Source of the DNA: Eledone cirrhosa
Taxonomy: Eukaryota
Assembly (NCBI GenBank): GCA_964016885.1
Contig: OZ024756.1
Span: 5,890,001-5,954,000, forward strand
Direction of reading: 5' to 3'
Length of the DNA stretch: 64,000 nucleotides
Below, in pieces: positions 12,593-26,480 of the stretch. Below the pieces are notes generated by a model that did no database searches, had not been told where the DNA came from, and saw nothing but the letters and a program-made list of their open reading frames with translations. A program made the position numbers and the translations under genes. Each line of letters starts with the position of its first letter. Position 1 is the stretch's first letter.

Positions 12593-13109
12593 GTTATATA
12601 GAAAAATAGATATACGAGAGGGAATTTGTAGTGCAGTAAAATCTAGTGGTGTGCATAATTGGTTGAGTTGAAGGAAATGGCGAAAGGGTGGTGTGAGAAT
12701 TTGGTCAAAGTAGCGGTCAGTCTGTTAATATAACATTGAATTATACATAAATCAAACTCCTTTCGGGTTAGACTGCTGAAAAGAAATGGATTAAAAAGGT
12801 TGAAGGTTAAACTAAACCCGTCTCGTGGGGTCGATGTCACCGACATTGCGGAAGGATGCGAAAGCCTTTCCAATAGAGAATCCTTAAACTTTGTGAAAAT
12901 GGCTGATACGAAGGGACCTGGATGGTAAAATTTTAGAAGGTGAAATGGTGGAATGGCGGAATGGTGAAATGGTGGAATGGTGGAATGGTGGAATGGTGAA
13001 ATGGTTATAGGGGGAGTGGGGAGGGGAACGGGGGAGTATGTGTATGTGTGTGTGTGTATGGGGGGGGGGGGGTTATCAATATCACTTAGTCTGAATGACT
13101 GATGTAGGT

Positions 13110-15046
13110 AGTGTGTGGTGGTTTGTTGTTGTAGTTGTTGTACTGGTGGTTTGTTCTTGTAGTTGTTGATGTTGTAGTGGTCTGTTGTTGTTGCTGTTGT
13201 GGGGGTTTGTTGTTGTAGTTGTTGTACTGGTGGTTTGTTCTTGTAGTTGTTGATGTTGTAGTGGTCTGTTGTTGTTGCTGTTGTGGGGGTTTGTTGTTGT
13301 AGTTGTTGTACTGGTGGTTTGTTCTTGTAGTTGTTGATGTTGTGGTGGTCTGTTGTTGTTGTCTTGTGGTGTGTTGATGTGTTTGTTGTTGTAGTTTGCT
13401 GTTGTATTTGTTGTGGTTTGTTGTTGTAGTTGTGATTTGTTATTATTGTTGTGGCTTGTTGTTGGGGTTTGTTGTTGTTGTTGTGGTTTGTTGTTGTTGT
13501 AGATATTGTTGTGGGGGTTTGTTGTTGTAGTTGTTGTTGTTGTTATTACTGTCGCTGTTGTTGTTGTTGTTATTGTTGTCATTGATTGTCATCATTCTTG
13601 TTGTTCTTGTAACTTTTGTAGTTGTTGTAGTTGTTGTTTTGTCCTTGTTGTTGCTGTTAATGCTAAGGTTGATATCATTAACGGTGATGTATTTGTTGTT
13701 GTTGTTGTAATTATGACTGTTTCTGCTGCTCTCGCAACTGTTGCTGTTGTTGTTGACACTGTTGCTGCAGTTGCTGCAGTTGCTGTCATTATTGCTGCTG
13801 TCATAGCTGCTGTCACTGCTACTGCTGCTGTTATTGCTGCTGCTACTGCTACTGCTGCTACTGCTGCTACTACTGCTACTGCTGTTGCTGCTGCTATTGC
13901 TACTGCTGCTACTACTACTGCTGTTGCTACTGCTGCTACTACTACTGCTGTTGCTACTGCTGCTACTACTGCTACTGCTGTTGCTGCTGCTATTGCTACT
14001 GCTGCTACTACTACTGCTGTTGCTACTGATGCTACTACTACTACTGCTGTTGCTGCTGCTACTACTACTACTGCTGTTGCTACTGCTGCTACTACTACTA
14101 CTACTGCAGCTGCTACTGCTGCTACTACTGCTACTGCTGTTGCTGCTGCTATTGCTACTACTGCTACTACTACTGCTGTTGCTACTGCTGCTACTACTGC
14201 TACTGCTGTTGCTGCTGCTATTGCTACTACTGCTACTACTACTGCTGTTGCTACTGATGCTACTACTACTACTGCTGTTGCTACTACTGCTACTACTACT
14301 ACTGCTGTTGCTACTGCTGCTACTACTACTACTACTGCTGCTGCTACTGCTGCTACTACTGCTACTGCTGTTGCTGCTGCTACTACTACTACTGCTGTTG
14401 CTACTGCTGCTACTACTGCTACTGCTGTTGCTGCTGCTACTACTACTACTGCTGCTGCTATTGCTACTACTGCTACTACTACTGCTGTTGCTACTGCTGC
14501 TACTACTACTACTGCTGTTGCTACTGCTGCTACTACTACTACTACTGCTGTTGCTACTGCTGCTACTACTACTACTGCTGTTGCTACTGCTGCTGCTACT
14601 ACTACTACTGCTGCTGCTACTGCTGCTACTACTGCTACTGCTGTTACTGCTGCTACTACTACTACTGCTGTTGCTACTGCTGCTACTACTACTACTGCTG
14701 TTGCTATTGATGCTACTACTACTGTTGCTACTGCTGCTACTACTGCTACTACTGTTACTACTACTACTGCTGCTACTGCTGCTACTACTACTACTGCTGC
14801 TGCTACTGCTACTACTACTGTTGCTACTCCTGCCACTACTGCTACTACTGCTACTACTACTACTGCTGCTACTACTACTGCTGCTGTTGCTACTGATGCT
14901 ACTACTACTGTTGCTACTACTGCCACTACTGCTACTACTGCTACTACTGCTACTACTGCTACTGCTGCTACTGGTGCTACTGCTATTACTCCTGCTACTG
15001 CTACTGCTGCTGCTATTGCTGCTGCTACTTTTGGTACTACTGCCAT

Positions 15047-15077
<31 letters not shown>

Positions 15078-15505
15078 GTTACTGCTGCTGCTGGTCCAAC
15101 CATACACTCTATTTATCATTGAGGTTATTCTTGTAAATATTCCCCACTTAAAACCTTATTATCGATTTTAGGGATCTTCAACTTGTTCCCATTTATTCTT
15201 GAGATTTGTCCAAAAGTTTTGTTGTTGTAACTGTTGTTGTTGTTGTTGTTGTTGTAACTGTTGTTGTTGTTGTAATTGTTGTTGTAATTGTTGTTGTAAT
15301 CGTTGTTGTTGTTGTTGTTGTAATTGTTATTGTAATTGTTGTTGTAATTGTTGTTGTTGTAACTGTTGTTGTTGTTGTTGTTGTTGTAACTGTTGTTGTT
15401 GTTGTTGTAAGTGTTGTTGTTGTTGTAACTGCTGTTGTTGTTGTGTTGTTGTTGTAACTGGTGTTGTAATTGTTGTTGTTGTTGTAACTGCTGTTGTTGT
15501 TGTCC
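13110..15505. repeat. Compound trinucleotide repeat block (GTT; GCT/ACT; GTT/AAC) including an 84-bp unit x3
   Basis: 84-bp unit at 13121, 13205, 13289; long poly-S/L/A/T ORFs are artefacts. Confidence 0.95.
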
Positions 15506-15941
15506 TTGATTAGCTGATGTGTGTAGTTAGTCTCTACTGCTGTTGCTGCTCTTCTTTGAAGTTTCTGTTATATGTAGTTACAGTTTGTGCCGTAAGTAGT
15601 TACAGTTTCTCTTGTAGTTACAGTTCATGTTTCTGCTGCCTTTGTAGCAGTTGTTACAGTTTGTGCTGCTGTTTTTTGATATTTCAGTTGTTCTTTAGCC
15701 CCAGGTCATCCCTGGTAGAGATAATCTATGATCTTTGACCCTCCATTTATAACGAAGCGGTTGTTTTTTATTCATACTTTTTATATAACTGAATATATTA
15801 ATGTGCCATTTGATAATATATTTTGATGATAGAGTAATTAGTGACTGCTTTGTTTAGCAGGTTTATTGATCCCATAGAAGCTCTCTTGCTTGCTTATTTC
15901 TTAATCACTTTTTATTCTTTGTTTTTATATCTGTGAAATGA

Positions 15942-16504
15942 TTACCAGTAATGTTCATCAATACAACCCCTAGAGGTGAATTAGCTTACAAATTTAGAAG
16001 GGCCCTAGATAAACATAAACTCAATATTAAGAGAGTAGAAAGACCACGTACCTCCATAAACACACTTATTAGCAATACATGCCCTTTTCAAAGACCTCCC
16101 TATGTAGATTAGAAATGAATAATCTGTAAACTAAGCCCCCATAGCAACTGTAAAACTAGAAATGTAGGATATATCATAAGATGTACTGAAGGACAATGTA
16201 AAGATAAGAATATAGTGTACATAGGTGAGACAGCTCGTAGTATAGAGAACCATTAAATGAACACTGGCGAGAGCTTCAAGATAGAAAAGAATCATCTGTA
16301 CTCCACCAACATGCTAAAATAGAACATAAGGGTAAATTAGAGAACATAGAAATAAAAATAGAATCTACACACAGAAAAGACGCAATGTTTAGACAAATCA
16401 CAGAGGCAATAAATGAACTCCAACCAAAATTAAATAGAAAACATGAATGGAATAGCAACATCACAACTTACAATGAAGGACACAATGAAAACACACACAC
16501 ATAG
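15942..16504 (+). pseudogene. Naiad-like PLE C-terminus with GIY-YIG (not in the ORF track)
   Basis: Manual translation: LPVMFINTTPRGELAYK...IKRVE...CKTRNVGYIIRC...YIGETARS [frameshift] LNEH...LHQHA..EH...RQITEAI...LNRKHEWN; stops at 16110 and 16116. Confidence 0.85.
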
Positions 16505-16674
16505 AAGAAACAACCAACCAGTAACATGTAAATAAACAAATAAATAAACAAATATAAACACACACCGACACCCGGATGTAACACATGCGCAAACTAAGCA
16601 CACAACACACGCAAAAACAAGATGGCATAGGACAGAACAAAGGAGAGGCACAAAAACAAAGAAAAGAATCTCCA

Positions 16675-16717
16675 GTTACTGAAGAGGTCATAGAATGTGT
16701 GACGAAAGAAGTTTGAC
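16675..16717 (+). ncRNA. Hammerhead in the Naiad 3' region (stem III decayed)
   Basis: GTTA-CTGAAGA-g-GTCATA gaatg TGTGAC-GAAA-gaag-TT-TGAC; element ends at (TA)n ~16869. Confidence 0.6.
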
Positions 16718-16868
16718 AATATATGAACAACCGTCCGGCTGTGGAACCAACCAGCCAACCGGAAATTTATGCATTCTTAAATTAATAAATTTAATTTATA
16801 ATAAATTGGAGTGAAAGCAACTGGTACATGTGTTTCTTATTGACAACATGACCCTCCCAAAGCACAAC

Positions 16869-16899
<31 letters not shown>

Positions 16900-17045
16900 T
16901 AATTTTTTCTCCTTATATTTTAGACTTAGCTCCGTTTAATTGATTATTTGTCTAGTTAATTTCTACGGGCTAAGGGGAAAGACTGGGTATATTTTTCTGA
17001 CTGTTCCTCGCGGGGAATGGTCTGTATCATTTGTCTGTTATTTTT

Positions 17046-17094
<49 letters not shown>

Positions 17095-20000
17095 AACACT
17101 TTAAAAAACAATTTTAAAGAGGACGTGGGTCCCCCCTGCGTCGGGCCCATTAACCGCGTCCTCCTAAAAAACTATCCCACCCCCTCCCCAAACACCCACA
17201 CAACTCCAAGCTCCCCAACCACACAACACACTGATGCCCCCACACTTCCACAAACCACCACCCCACCCAACAACCCATCCCCCACCCTAATGGAAATTGT
17301 GCAGCCCGATACCCGGGACGCAGAGAGGTAAGTGCCTTTTCTCTTCACCACCAACATGGCTATGCTAAGAGTAGGCTGTTTAAATGCGCGTGGCCTGGGC
17401 TCAACTTGGAAGCAAGCAATGCTTCTAAATGACCTCAGGTCACAACGTATAGATGTGATGGTTATTTGCGAGGCCCGGATCAGCAACGTGCGACAGCTGG
17501 CCCCCACCTTTGATGACTTTGAGATGCACGCATCTCTCTGTCAGCCCGGAGGTGGGGGTGGAGTTGTCGTTCTGCTGCAAAAACATCTGGGTCTCGCAAC
17601 ACAGATGGTACATTTGGACCCGGAGGGTCGACTAGTGGTTCTGGACCTTGGCAGTGGTAAAGGCGGAGCGTTTAGGTTGGTAGCCGCCTACGGCCCTTTC
17701 GGGTCAATGCGGCCGGACTTCTTCCATCGTCTGGAGACTTTTCTAGGGACGTCCCGCTCCTTGCTATTAGTGGGGACTGGAATGGTATCCTAGATGCACG
17801 CTGGGACTACGTAGGGGCCTGCCCCGATAGAGAGGGGTGTAATAGCCTCAAAGGGTTAATCGGTCGATTTGACCTGGCCGATAGATATCGACTAGATTTT
17901 CCGACTGCGCCAACCTGGACTTGGGCAAATCGTAGCGGATCATCTAGGTCGTACCTAGATAGGTTCTTAGTTAGAATTAAGGATAAGGACTTTTTAAGTT
18001 GTCCAAAAATGCGCATGGTTGGCTATTCAGACCACAAATTAGTGACCTGCATGGTCAACCTTGACAGAACTCATAGACAGGGCCCCGGTTACTGGAAGCT
18101 CAACTTGTCCTTGCCGGCAAGTAGAGCCTACAGGAATCGGATTAGTACGTTAGTTAAGGAACGGTTGACTGGAGCGATCGTCAACAGCAGGTGGTGGGTA
18201 TCTCTAAAGAGAGAGATTAGAGTAGTCTCGATAGAATTTAGTAAGGTTCTAGCTGCGGATAGGAATAGGAAGGAAAGGGAGCTAATAGATAGAGTAGAAG
18301 AGGCAATTAGAAGCGGCGACGTGGCCAGAGTGCTAGCGTCGAGAACGGCTTTGAGCCAGTTTTTCGACGCGAAGCACGAAGGCTGCGTTGTCCGAAGTAA
18401 AATACGTGCTCTAGGGAACGAGGGGACCAAAGCTGTTAGCTGGGCCCGCGTGACAGAGGCCAACAGTGGAACTAAATCCACCACCCGGTCTTTGCGAGAC
18501 CTGGATGGACGGGCGATTCTTGAGCCTAAGCAGATGTGTGAGGCCTTTCAAAGGCACTTTGCCCGACTGTTCGGGAGGGGCGGTGAGCCGGTTGGGAACG
18601 TGGACTTCGGTCCATACCTCGACGGCCTGCCGCGCCTCTCGGACAGGGAGGCGAAGTCCTGCGAGGAGCCGATTTCGGCCGCTGAGATAGAGGACGTGCT
18701 GAGCCAATGCGGCAAACGCAAATCCCCGGGTCTCGATGGTCTTCCTTACGAATTATATCTAGCTATGCCGGACTTGTTCCCCGATCTCCTCGAGGCGGTC
18801 TACTGCAACTGGCAACAGAACGGGAGAATTCCCTGTACTGTGACCAAGGGCGTAGTCACGCTAGTGAGGAAGGACGAGAACAAGGGGGACGAAATAAGTA
18901 ACTTCAGGCCCATAACACTGCTAAATACAGAGTTACAGATTTTGGCCAAGGTGCTAGCAAAGAGGTTGGCGCTTGTCGTGGGCAACCTGGTGGGAGATGC
19001 GCAGACATGCGCTATCCCGTCCAGGTCCATCCATGACAACCTCCACCTCATGCGATACATCATAGAGAGGGTTGGGAACGAACCCGGCTTTGGTGGGGCT
19101 CTGATCAACTTGGATCAATCTAAGGCGTTCGATAGGGTCGACCATGGTTACCTGGATGCGGTGCTAGCGGCGGCAGGCTTCGGACCCGTTTTCAGGGGCT
19201 GGATCACTGCTATGCACAGCAGCCGCATCTGCTCTAGGGTCAAGGTGAACGGCTACCTCTCGGAGCCGTTCAACATCGCGCGGTCCATCCGACAAGGGTG
19301 CCCTCTCTCCTCCCTTCTGTATGTGTTGACTCTCGAGCCACTACTGCGGAAGTTGGAGTTGTTGCAGGGCATCCCTTTGGAACAGGGATTGCGGAAAGCG
19401 GTGTCGGCCTACGCCGATGACGTGACAGTAATGGTGTCGACGGCCTCCGAAATCGAGGCGGTCGGCACCTTACTGGAGGAGTACGAAAAGTTCACAGGGG
19501 CTAAGCTGAACCGGGACAAGTCGATCGGTTTGCAACTCGGCACGTGGAGGGGCAGACCGATGCCCTCCGATGGCGTCGTCGGACGCTGGACGGAGGGCCC
19601 GGTGAAGTTGCTCGGGGTCTGGTTCGGACCGGACCTCCAGGTGGAGAAAAACTGGGCGGTGGTTACGAACAGGGTGTTTGCACTGACCCAGAAGTGGGCC
19701 AGTTGCAAACTATCCCTGAAAGGTCGGGCGGAGGTGGCGAACACCTACATAGCGTCCGTCATCTACTACCGCCTGACCGTAGTGCCCTGCCCAAGGGAAA
19801 CCCTCACCAAGATGGAGTGCGCGCTCTTCCAATTCCTTTGGAAGAGGCGGGCTCCTATGGTGAGGAGATCCATCTGCTGTCAACACCCTTCGAAAGGAGG
19901 GCTGGGGATGCCGTGGCTAATGATGCGTAAACACGCATTAAGGCTACGGCACCTCTACGTATTCCTCACCGGACAACCGGTGTGGGCCTCGTTTGTGAGA

Positions 20001-21051
20001 CGAACCTTTCCCAGACTCGTCTCACCGAGCTGCAATCCTGGGTCAAGCAAAGACCGAGAAAACTGGGCGCCTGGCACACTGAGTGTGCCCAGGCGCTCAC
20101 CGCCCTCTGGCAGGCGGATCCGGTTATCAGTGGAGACTCCACCGCAACATTCTATAGAGGGCTGGTACGCAGCAGGTGCGACGACGCCCTCGGAGAAGCC
20201 CTAGACATGGAGGAGGACGAACTGGCCAGCCTGTTCGGTAGGACATTCAGCCCGGGACCTATGGACAACTTCCAGAAGTCCCTGGCCTGGCAGTGCTACC
20301 GAGGGGCTTTACCCGTTCGAGAAAGGCTCTACAGACACGGGCGCCCGGGTAGGGACCCCGCCAAAAAGATCTGTCCCAGATGCGTGTGCGACGAGGAAAC
20401 CGTTGCACACGCATTGGTACACTGCTCGGGCGTAGCCGATCTGTGGGGCTATGTCGAACAACTGCTGTCAAGGGTGGGACCGATCCGGTTGACCACCGAG
20501 TCTATTATAATGATCAAGCCGCCTCCCCCCTTCAAAGATGAAGCAGAGGCGGTGTTTCTGTGCGTAATAGCCATGGCGAAAGAGGTTGTATGTGGACGCG
20601 TTTGAAAGGACTGAGGTCAGGCACCTTTCTCTCTGGCCAACAACTGGTCCGTTTCTTCCGATATCATTTCGGAAGAAGGATCAGGATGGAAAGAGAGGTG
20701 CTGCACCCCAGCCGTTTCTATGAAAGATGGGTGAAAGTGGCGAGAATGGCCCGTGTGAATGGGCCTTCACTCTACATCAGACTATAGGTGAGGAAGATGA
20801 AAGACCAAGGGAGCACCCCTTCTCTGTGCTCCTGAGGAGAAGGGTTGCACACTTTTTTCGGGGGTGTGTGCGACCCCCCAAGGCGCCTCCTCTCTATTGA
20901 GGATTTTGTTAAAAATTTTATTTTTTGTTATATCTTATTTTATTTTTATATTTTGTTATTGCCTCCTCCTTATTGAGGACGCCTTTTTGTGTAAACTCCC
21001 CCCCTTGTACTTGTCCCACTTTTGATGCCCTAGTGGCAAATAAAAGAAACA
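17095..21051 (+). mobile_element. Tx1/L1-clade non-LTR retrotransposon (ORF2 only) inserted in (TATC)n
   Basis: GC-rich island; (CTAT)n at 17046-17094 and 21053-21072; AATAAA at ~21039. Confidence 0.92.
17356..20787 (+). pseudogene. APE endonuclease + reverse transcriptase + C-terminal zinc finger; 3 frameshifts, no in-frame stops seen
   Basis: LNARGL, GDWN, YLDRF, SDH, GYWKLN, KSPGLDGLP, NFRPITLLN, KAFDRV, RQGCPLS, YADD, CPRC..ETVAHALVHC; shifts at ~17775, ~20022, ~20591. Confidence 0.93.
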
Positions 21052-21823
21052 TATCTATCTATCTATCTATCTCTATGTATATATATTTTCCTATCTATAA
21101 AGAAGGATATGCATCTTAATACCTATCGATATATCTATCTATATATCTGTTTTATGTAGGTGAGTACGTTTTTTACGTACGCATAAAAAACTGTATGTAT
21201 TTATGTATGCATGTATATGTTTATGTATGCATGTATGTATGTTTGTATATATGTGTGTTAGTATATATATATATGTATGCATGTTTGTATGTATGTACTT
21301 ATATATATATATGTGGGTCTGTCTGTCTGTATTTATGAATGTATGTAAGTATGTTTGTGTGTATTTATGTATGTTTGTACATATGTATGTATGTATGTAT
21401 GTATGTATGTGTACATGTATGTATATAGTGAAAGAAAGTAAAATTAAATATAAAGGTATTTTGGAATATAAAGAAGCGAGATCAATGGTTTTATGTGATT
21501 AAAAAACGGGAGGAAGTAAAAAATAAGAGAAAGACAAACAAAAGAATCAATAGGTCTGCTAGTAAATATTGTTATTCTCCGACATACATAGTGGGCATCT
21601 TATTCACATCAAAGGCAGCTACCACCGTCGACGACGTCTGGTAAAAATACTAATATTTTCCGTATTGTAGGAAAGGATGCCAAAAGAATACTATATACTT
21701 AAAAGTCTCACATTGCTCCCTCTTTTGTCTACACCCCCACCCACTTATCTGTTTTTTCTTTCGCCCTCTCTTTCGTTGTCTAACCTCTCTTTTTTTTCTT
21801 TTCCCACAAACATATATATGAAC

Positions 21824-21894
<71 letters not shown>

Positions 21895-21895
21895 A

Positions 21896-21926
<31 letters not shown>

Positions 21927-22484
21927 GCTACATATATACACATATATATATAGAGAGATAGATAGATATAGGTATATATATATATATATGTATATGTATA
22001 TATAACTATATATACATACAATATACACACACACACATACACACACACAAACACACACACATATATATATACGTGTGTTGTGTGTGCCTGTGTATACGTA
22101 GGTCGAATGCTATATATTTTCTCCTATAATAATACCTTCTTCTATACATAATAGCTATTATTTGATAGTTCTATATCTTCGCTTGTCTGCTTGAAAGATA
22201 AAAAAGGCCAAATGTATTTAACGTAGCCGCATCTGTTAACAGTGTGTTTTTCTTGTATTTTGTTGCCAGAGTTCCATTAAATACATACAAAGAAGATGAA
22301 ATGTTGCAAATCACAATGTATATGTTCAGTTAAATTGTAAAACTATTAATCACCTTCGCCGTCCGATTCAGATACAACACTTCGAACTGGAATTAATCTT
22401 TCTACTTTCAATCTTCTTTTTCCCTTGCATCGGCTTTATCTCTATGTATTTCCTGATGTAGACAGTCATATATGTATGTATGTA

Positions 22485-22584
<100 letters not shown>

Positions 22585-22659
22585 GTATGTATGTATATAT
22601 GTATGTATATGTGTATGTATATATGTATGTATATATGCATTGCTTTATATCTGGAGATC

Positions 22660-22873
22660 TCTCTGCACTTGTCATCACATGGTACCATGGGCCCAGCACT
22701 ATGTGTCAATCATTGTCACAAGTGTAGTGTTTGTACCAGAGTTTTCAAGTCGCTGGCTGGACTAAAAAGTCACACTCGTTCAGCGCATCGGTAGGGCTTC
22801 TCCTACTTAGATATAAAGTAGTGGCCGTACTCGAAAACGAGTTGGCAGCCACTATGTGTGTATGTATGTATGT
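22660..22873 (+). mobile_element. RTE/BovB-like LINE 3' end with C2H2 finger
   Basis: CSVCTRVFKSLAGLKSHTRSAH*, 3' stem-loop GTGGC..CTCG aaaa CGAG..GCCAC, (TATG)n tail. Confidence 0.65.
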
Positions 22874-23103
22874 TCTTCTAGTTTTATAATTTCACAAATT
22901 TGTTCCCAATAGAGAGAGAGTCGGTTTCTAACATAGACACAAGACTCTCTCATTGGAATTTACACAACATCAACTAGGTAGATATGTATGTATGTCTGCA
23001 TGTGTAGATATGGATGTTATTGTATGTGTGGATGTGTATGTTTTGAGTTGTATGTGTGCATGTGTATGTGCTTTGTATCTGTACATGTGTATATGCAGTT
23101 ATT

Positions 23104-25794
23104 AGATGCAACATTTTTGGGATGTTTTACATAATTTTACAGTTCCATTAATGGATTGTACTTGTAATTTCCTAACTAGTTGTGTTCTTTCTGTTCCTGT
23201 GAAGCCTAGCTTCTCAAGATTTGTATTGAGGCAGTTACTAACATACCCCAGTGCCTCTGTAGTTTTACATCCATGGATTCACTGCGATACTGTTGAGCGA
23301 CATCCCTGGGTGTGAGTTTTTGATTATCACACAGGGAATATCTCTCAAGGTATTCCTTCCCAACTCTCATGATCTTATCTGTTTCATGCAGATAGTCTTG
23401 CTCGAGAGACGAGCTCCTACGCTTCGAGGTTCGTAGATGTTGTCGGAGGGATATGATGCGACATTCAAATGATGTCTGGACTGCTGTTAGGCCTCTGCCT
23501 CCCTGCTTACGTTTCAAGTAAAGGCGGTCTCTTTCACTGTTGATGTGGAAGTTTCCGGTGTTGTTTAGTATTTTTCGAGTTCCAACATCAACTGCTCGGA
23601 TTTCGTCTATCGTCCAAATGAGTATTCCAAACGTTGGTGTTAGGACAGGCACAGCAAACACATTGTGAGCCACTGTTTTGTTTTGCGCAGAGAGTTCAGA
23701 TGACTAAATATTTCTTAATCGGGTGTAGTATTGCCTGGTTACGCGTTGTTTATTAAAGATACCATTATAGGATATGTTCTCATCTATCCCCAGGTATCTG
23801 TAGCAGTCGTCATCAGATATCGGTGAAACAGTTAGGCCATTGATGACAATGTTGCTAGATTGGGTTGTTGTTTTTCCCCGCTTTACAGTCATGTATGAGC
23901 ATTTATCTTGGCCAAACTCCATTCCTATATCCCTTGAGAACGTTGTAACCAGGTCAAGATTTTTCTTCATCCCATCCATGTTCTTGGCATAGAGTTTCAG
24001 ATCGTCGTCCACAAAAGAATTATGGGTTAGGTTCTTATTTCTGTCCTCCTGTGAGCCAATGATGTATCCCTCACATTTCTTGAGCAGAAAGGACAAGGGG
24101 TTTAACGACAAGATGAATAATATCAAGGAGAGACTGTCTCCCTCAAATTATCACCTGTGATATTTTATTTTATCAGTGAAAATAGAGTCCTCTCTCTCTG
24201 TCTTTAACCTTAGAATAGTAGCCCAAGAAGAAGACAGCCTCTCTATAGCTCTGACAATAATGTCTGGGACTTTAGCAAGTTGAAGGGCCTCTATCAACAA
24301 GAGTGGGGAACAGAATTGAAAGCTTTCCTGTAGTCCAGGCAGACTGTAGCCATATTCCTCCTAAGTTGTCGCACCTCCGACATCGCAGTTTTGTTGATCA
24401 GGAGTTGTTCAGCACATCCTTAAGGATGCAGCATCACTACTTCACAGCATCGAATCAGTTGCAAAGGAAATCGGACTCTATGTCATCGTAGGCAAAACAG
24501 AATATATTTGCCTGAACCAAGACTCCTCAGTTTGTATGCGAAGTCTAAACGGCGATATAATTGCTCCTACACTACAACAAAAACATACGAAATAAGTGAG
24601 GGTACCCTTGAGACTGTGATAGTAAAACTCCAAGATAAGAAAACACCAGGAAGAGACATGATTGTCGGCTACTGGTACAAAAAACTGATATTCTATCGGA
24701 GGTATCTTACTGACCTCTACCAACAAGTTCTTAAGGGAGATACACTTATACCAGAATGGTTGACATTAGCTCAAACATTACTGGTCCCCAAGAACAAAGA
24801 CACCCACTTGGCAAAAAACTACCGACCTATTGCATGCCAGAACCTGATGTATAAGAGGTATACAGCCTGCCTGAACCTATTCCTCCAAGATAACAGTGAA
24901 AATAATAAAATCATCATAGATGAACAAGCAGCTGGAAAGAAAGGGGTAAATCATCCGCATAGTCAGCATGGAGCAAGAAACGCTGGTCGTCCCAAGAAGA
25001 CATACGTCAAGAAACTTGAGGACGATACTGGATGCACAGTTGAACTTGCAAACGCTATGAGAGACAGAGATGGATAGAGGAAGCGTGTCGTAGAAAGCCG
25101 AGCAAGCTCGACCTGATGATGTTGATGTAGGGGCAATAGTTCTTTCGGATTTCTCTTAGCCACACAGCATCTTGGTTGAAATTCCTCTTTTCACCCCATA
25201 TTTTGCTCCAAAAGGAATCTATGTATTTCTGGGATGGGGCCTCAGTGACACTTATTATTTTGTTCTTCATATCTCTATAGACTGATGTTTGGTTTCGTCT
25301 GAATCTTTTATTAAGCACTTTTCTCTCATCTACCTTCTTTAGGTATCGGCGTTTTTCGCTAACATCTCTCAATTTTTGTTAGAGGGTGATCAGCTTATAT
25401 TGAAGAGTTCTGGTTCTACTGTTACCAAACATCGTCTCTATTTTATTTTTCACTCTTTGTTGGTGAGAAATGTGGTTGTTTGTGTTTGTTTGCATGTAAG
25501 AAGCATTGTCGCATATCCTATGGTTTTTCGTAGGTCAGCAATCTTTTTTTCTATTTTAGTTATATATGATGGTATTTTTGGTGGTGTTTTGTTCTTGTCA
25601 ATATCTCTGCTATCACCAAGATAATGCTTCACTGCCGTTGCTAAGGCATATAAACAGGCGTTGATTTGCCAAAATGTTGGGTTTTTTATCCGTCGTAAAT
25701 ATTCATCCCCTATTTCGTCAATAACACGTAATATTTCATTATTTGGTTTTTTATTAAACATTTTATTAAACATTTTATTAAACATTTACTAAAC

Positions 25795-25825
<31 letters not shown>

Positions 25826-26480
25826 TGTATGTATGTATGTATATTTGTGTGTGTGTGTATGTATGCATGTATGTATGTATGTTTCTCTTTTGCTTAACTT
25901 CGAGTACATATTTGACCGGCAACCTTTCCGATGGCAATGTTGTAAAAGAAAAGAAATTACCATCAAGTTGGCAGCTGATCTCTACAACAGAGCACCAAAC
26001 AAAAATATCAGGCTGGTTGTCCTTTAATTATTGGTAGTTTTTATTTTCAAGTTCCACCAGTATTCCTTAGTGTCATCTATCTCAACATTTTCCTCCTCAT
26101 TTGTTTTTAATTCTGTTTTCCTTAGTGGGCTGCAGATGGTTCTAGCTATCACATCGTGTCTCATAGGGAAGTAGTAGCGAGACGACATTCTTTCAGAGTT
26201 GGCAACAATGTGACTAACATCTTCGATCTTTGTTTTACAAAGCCTACATTTATTGTCAACTGATGGCTTTCCTCTTTTGTGTAGCAGGTAGTTGGTAAGG
26301 ATTTCTTGTTTCTATTTTGCATGGAGATATCATTCAAGGTGGGATGTGATAAACTTGTTGGAACTCCATGCTAGGTTTTTTTAATGATTTACTCCCTATA
26401 TGGCCTGATTTTCTTCTCAGGTACCCATGTACAACTTTCTCTGTAAATTGGTCCATTTTTTTATCTTGTTCGAACATTGA
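23104..26480 (-). pseudogene. Fragmented R4/Dong-like (REL endonuclease) LINE, rearranged
   Basis: LFILSLNPLS, FVDDDLKLYA, YRYLGI, RLYLKRKQGGRGL (minus); KTPGRD, NYRPIAC (plus, 24560-24947); CRLCK..SHI..RHD and NQPDI (minus, 26480-25900); ALGYV (23250). Confidence 0.8.
24950..25125 (+). mobile_element. RTE-like 3' end
   Basis: HGARNAGRPKKTYV..L..DTG...AMRDRDG then a (TGA)-type tail; an RTE-like RT piece also at 24425-24560. Confidence 0.65.

Noticed and set aside
13443-15171. Poly-S, poly-L and A/T/V ORFs of 445-558 aa
   Set aside because: Several frames open over a (GCT/ACT)n repeat
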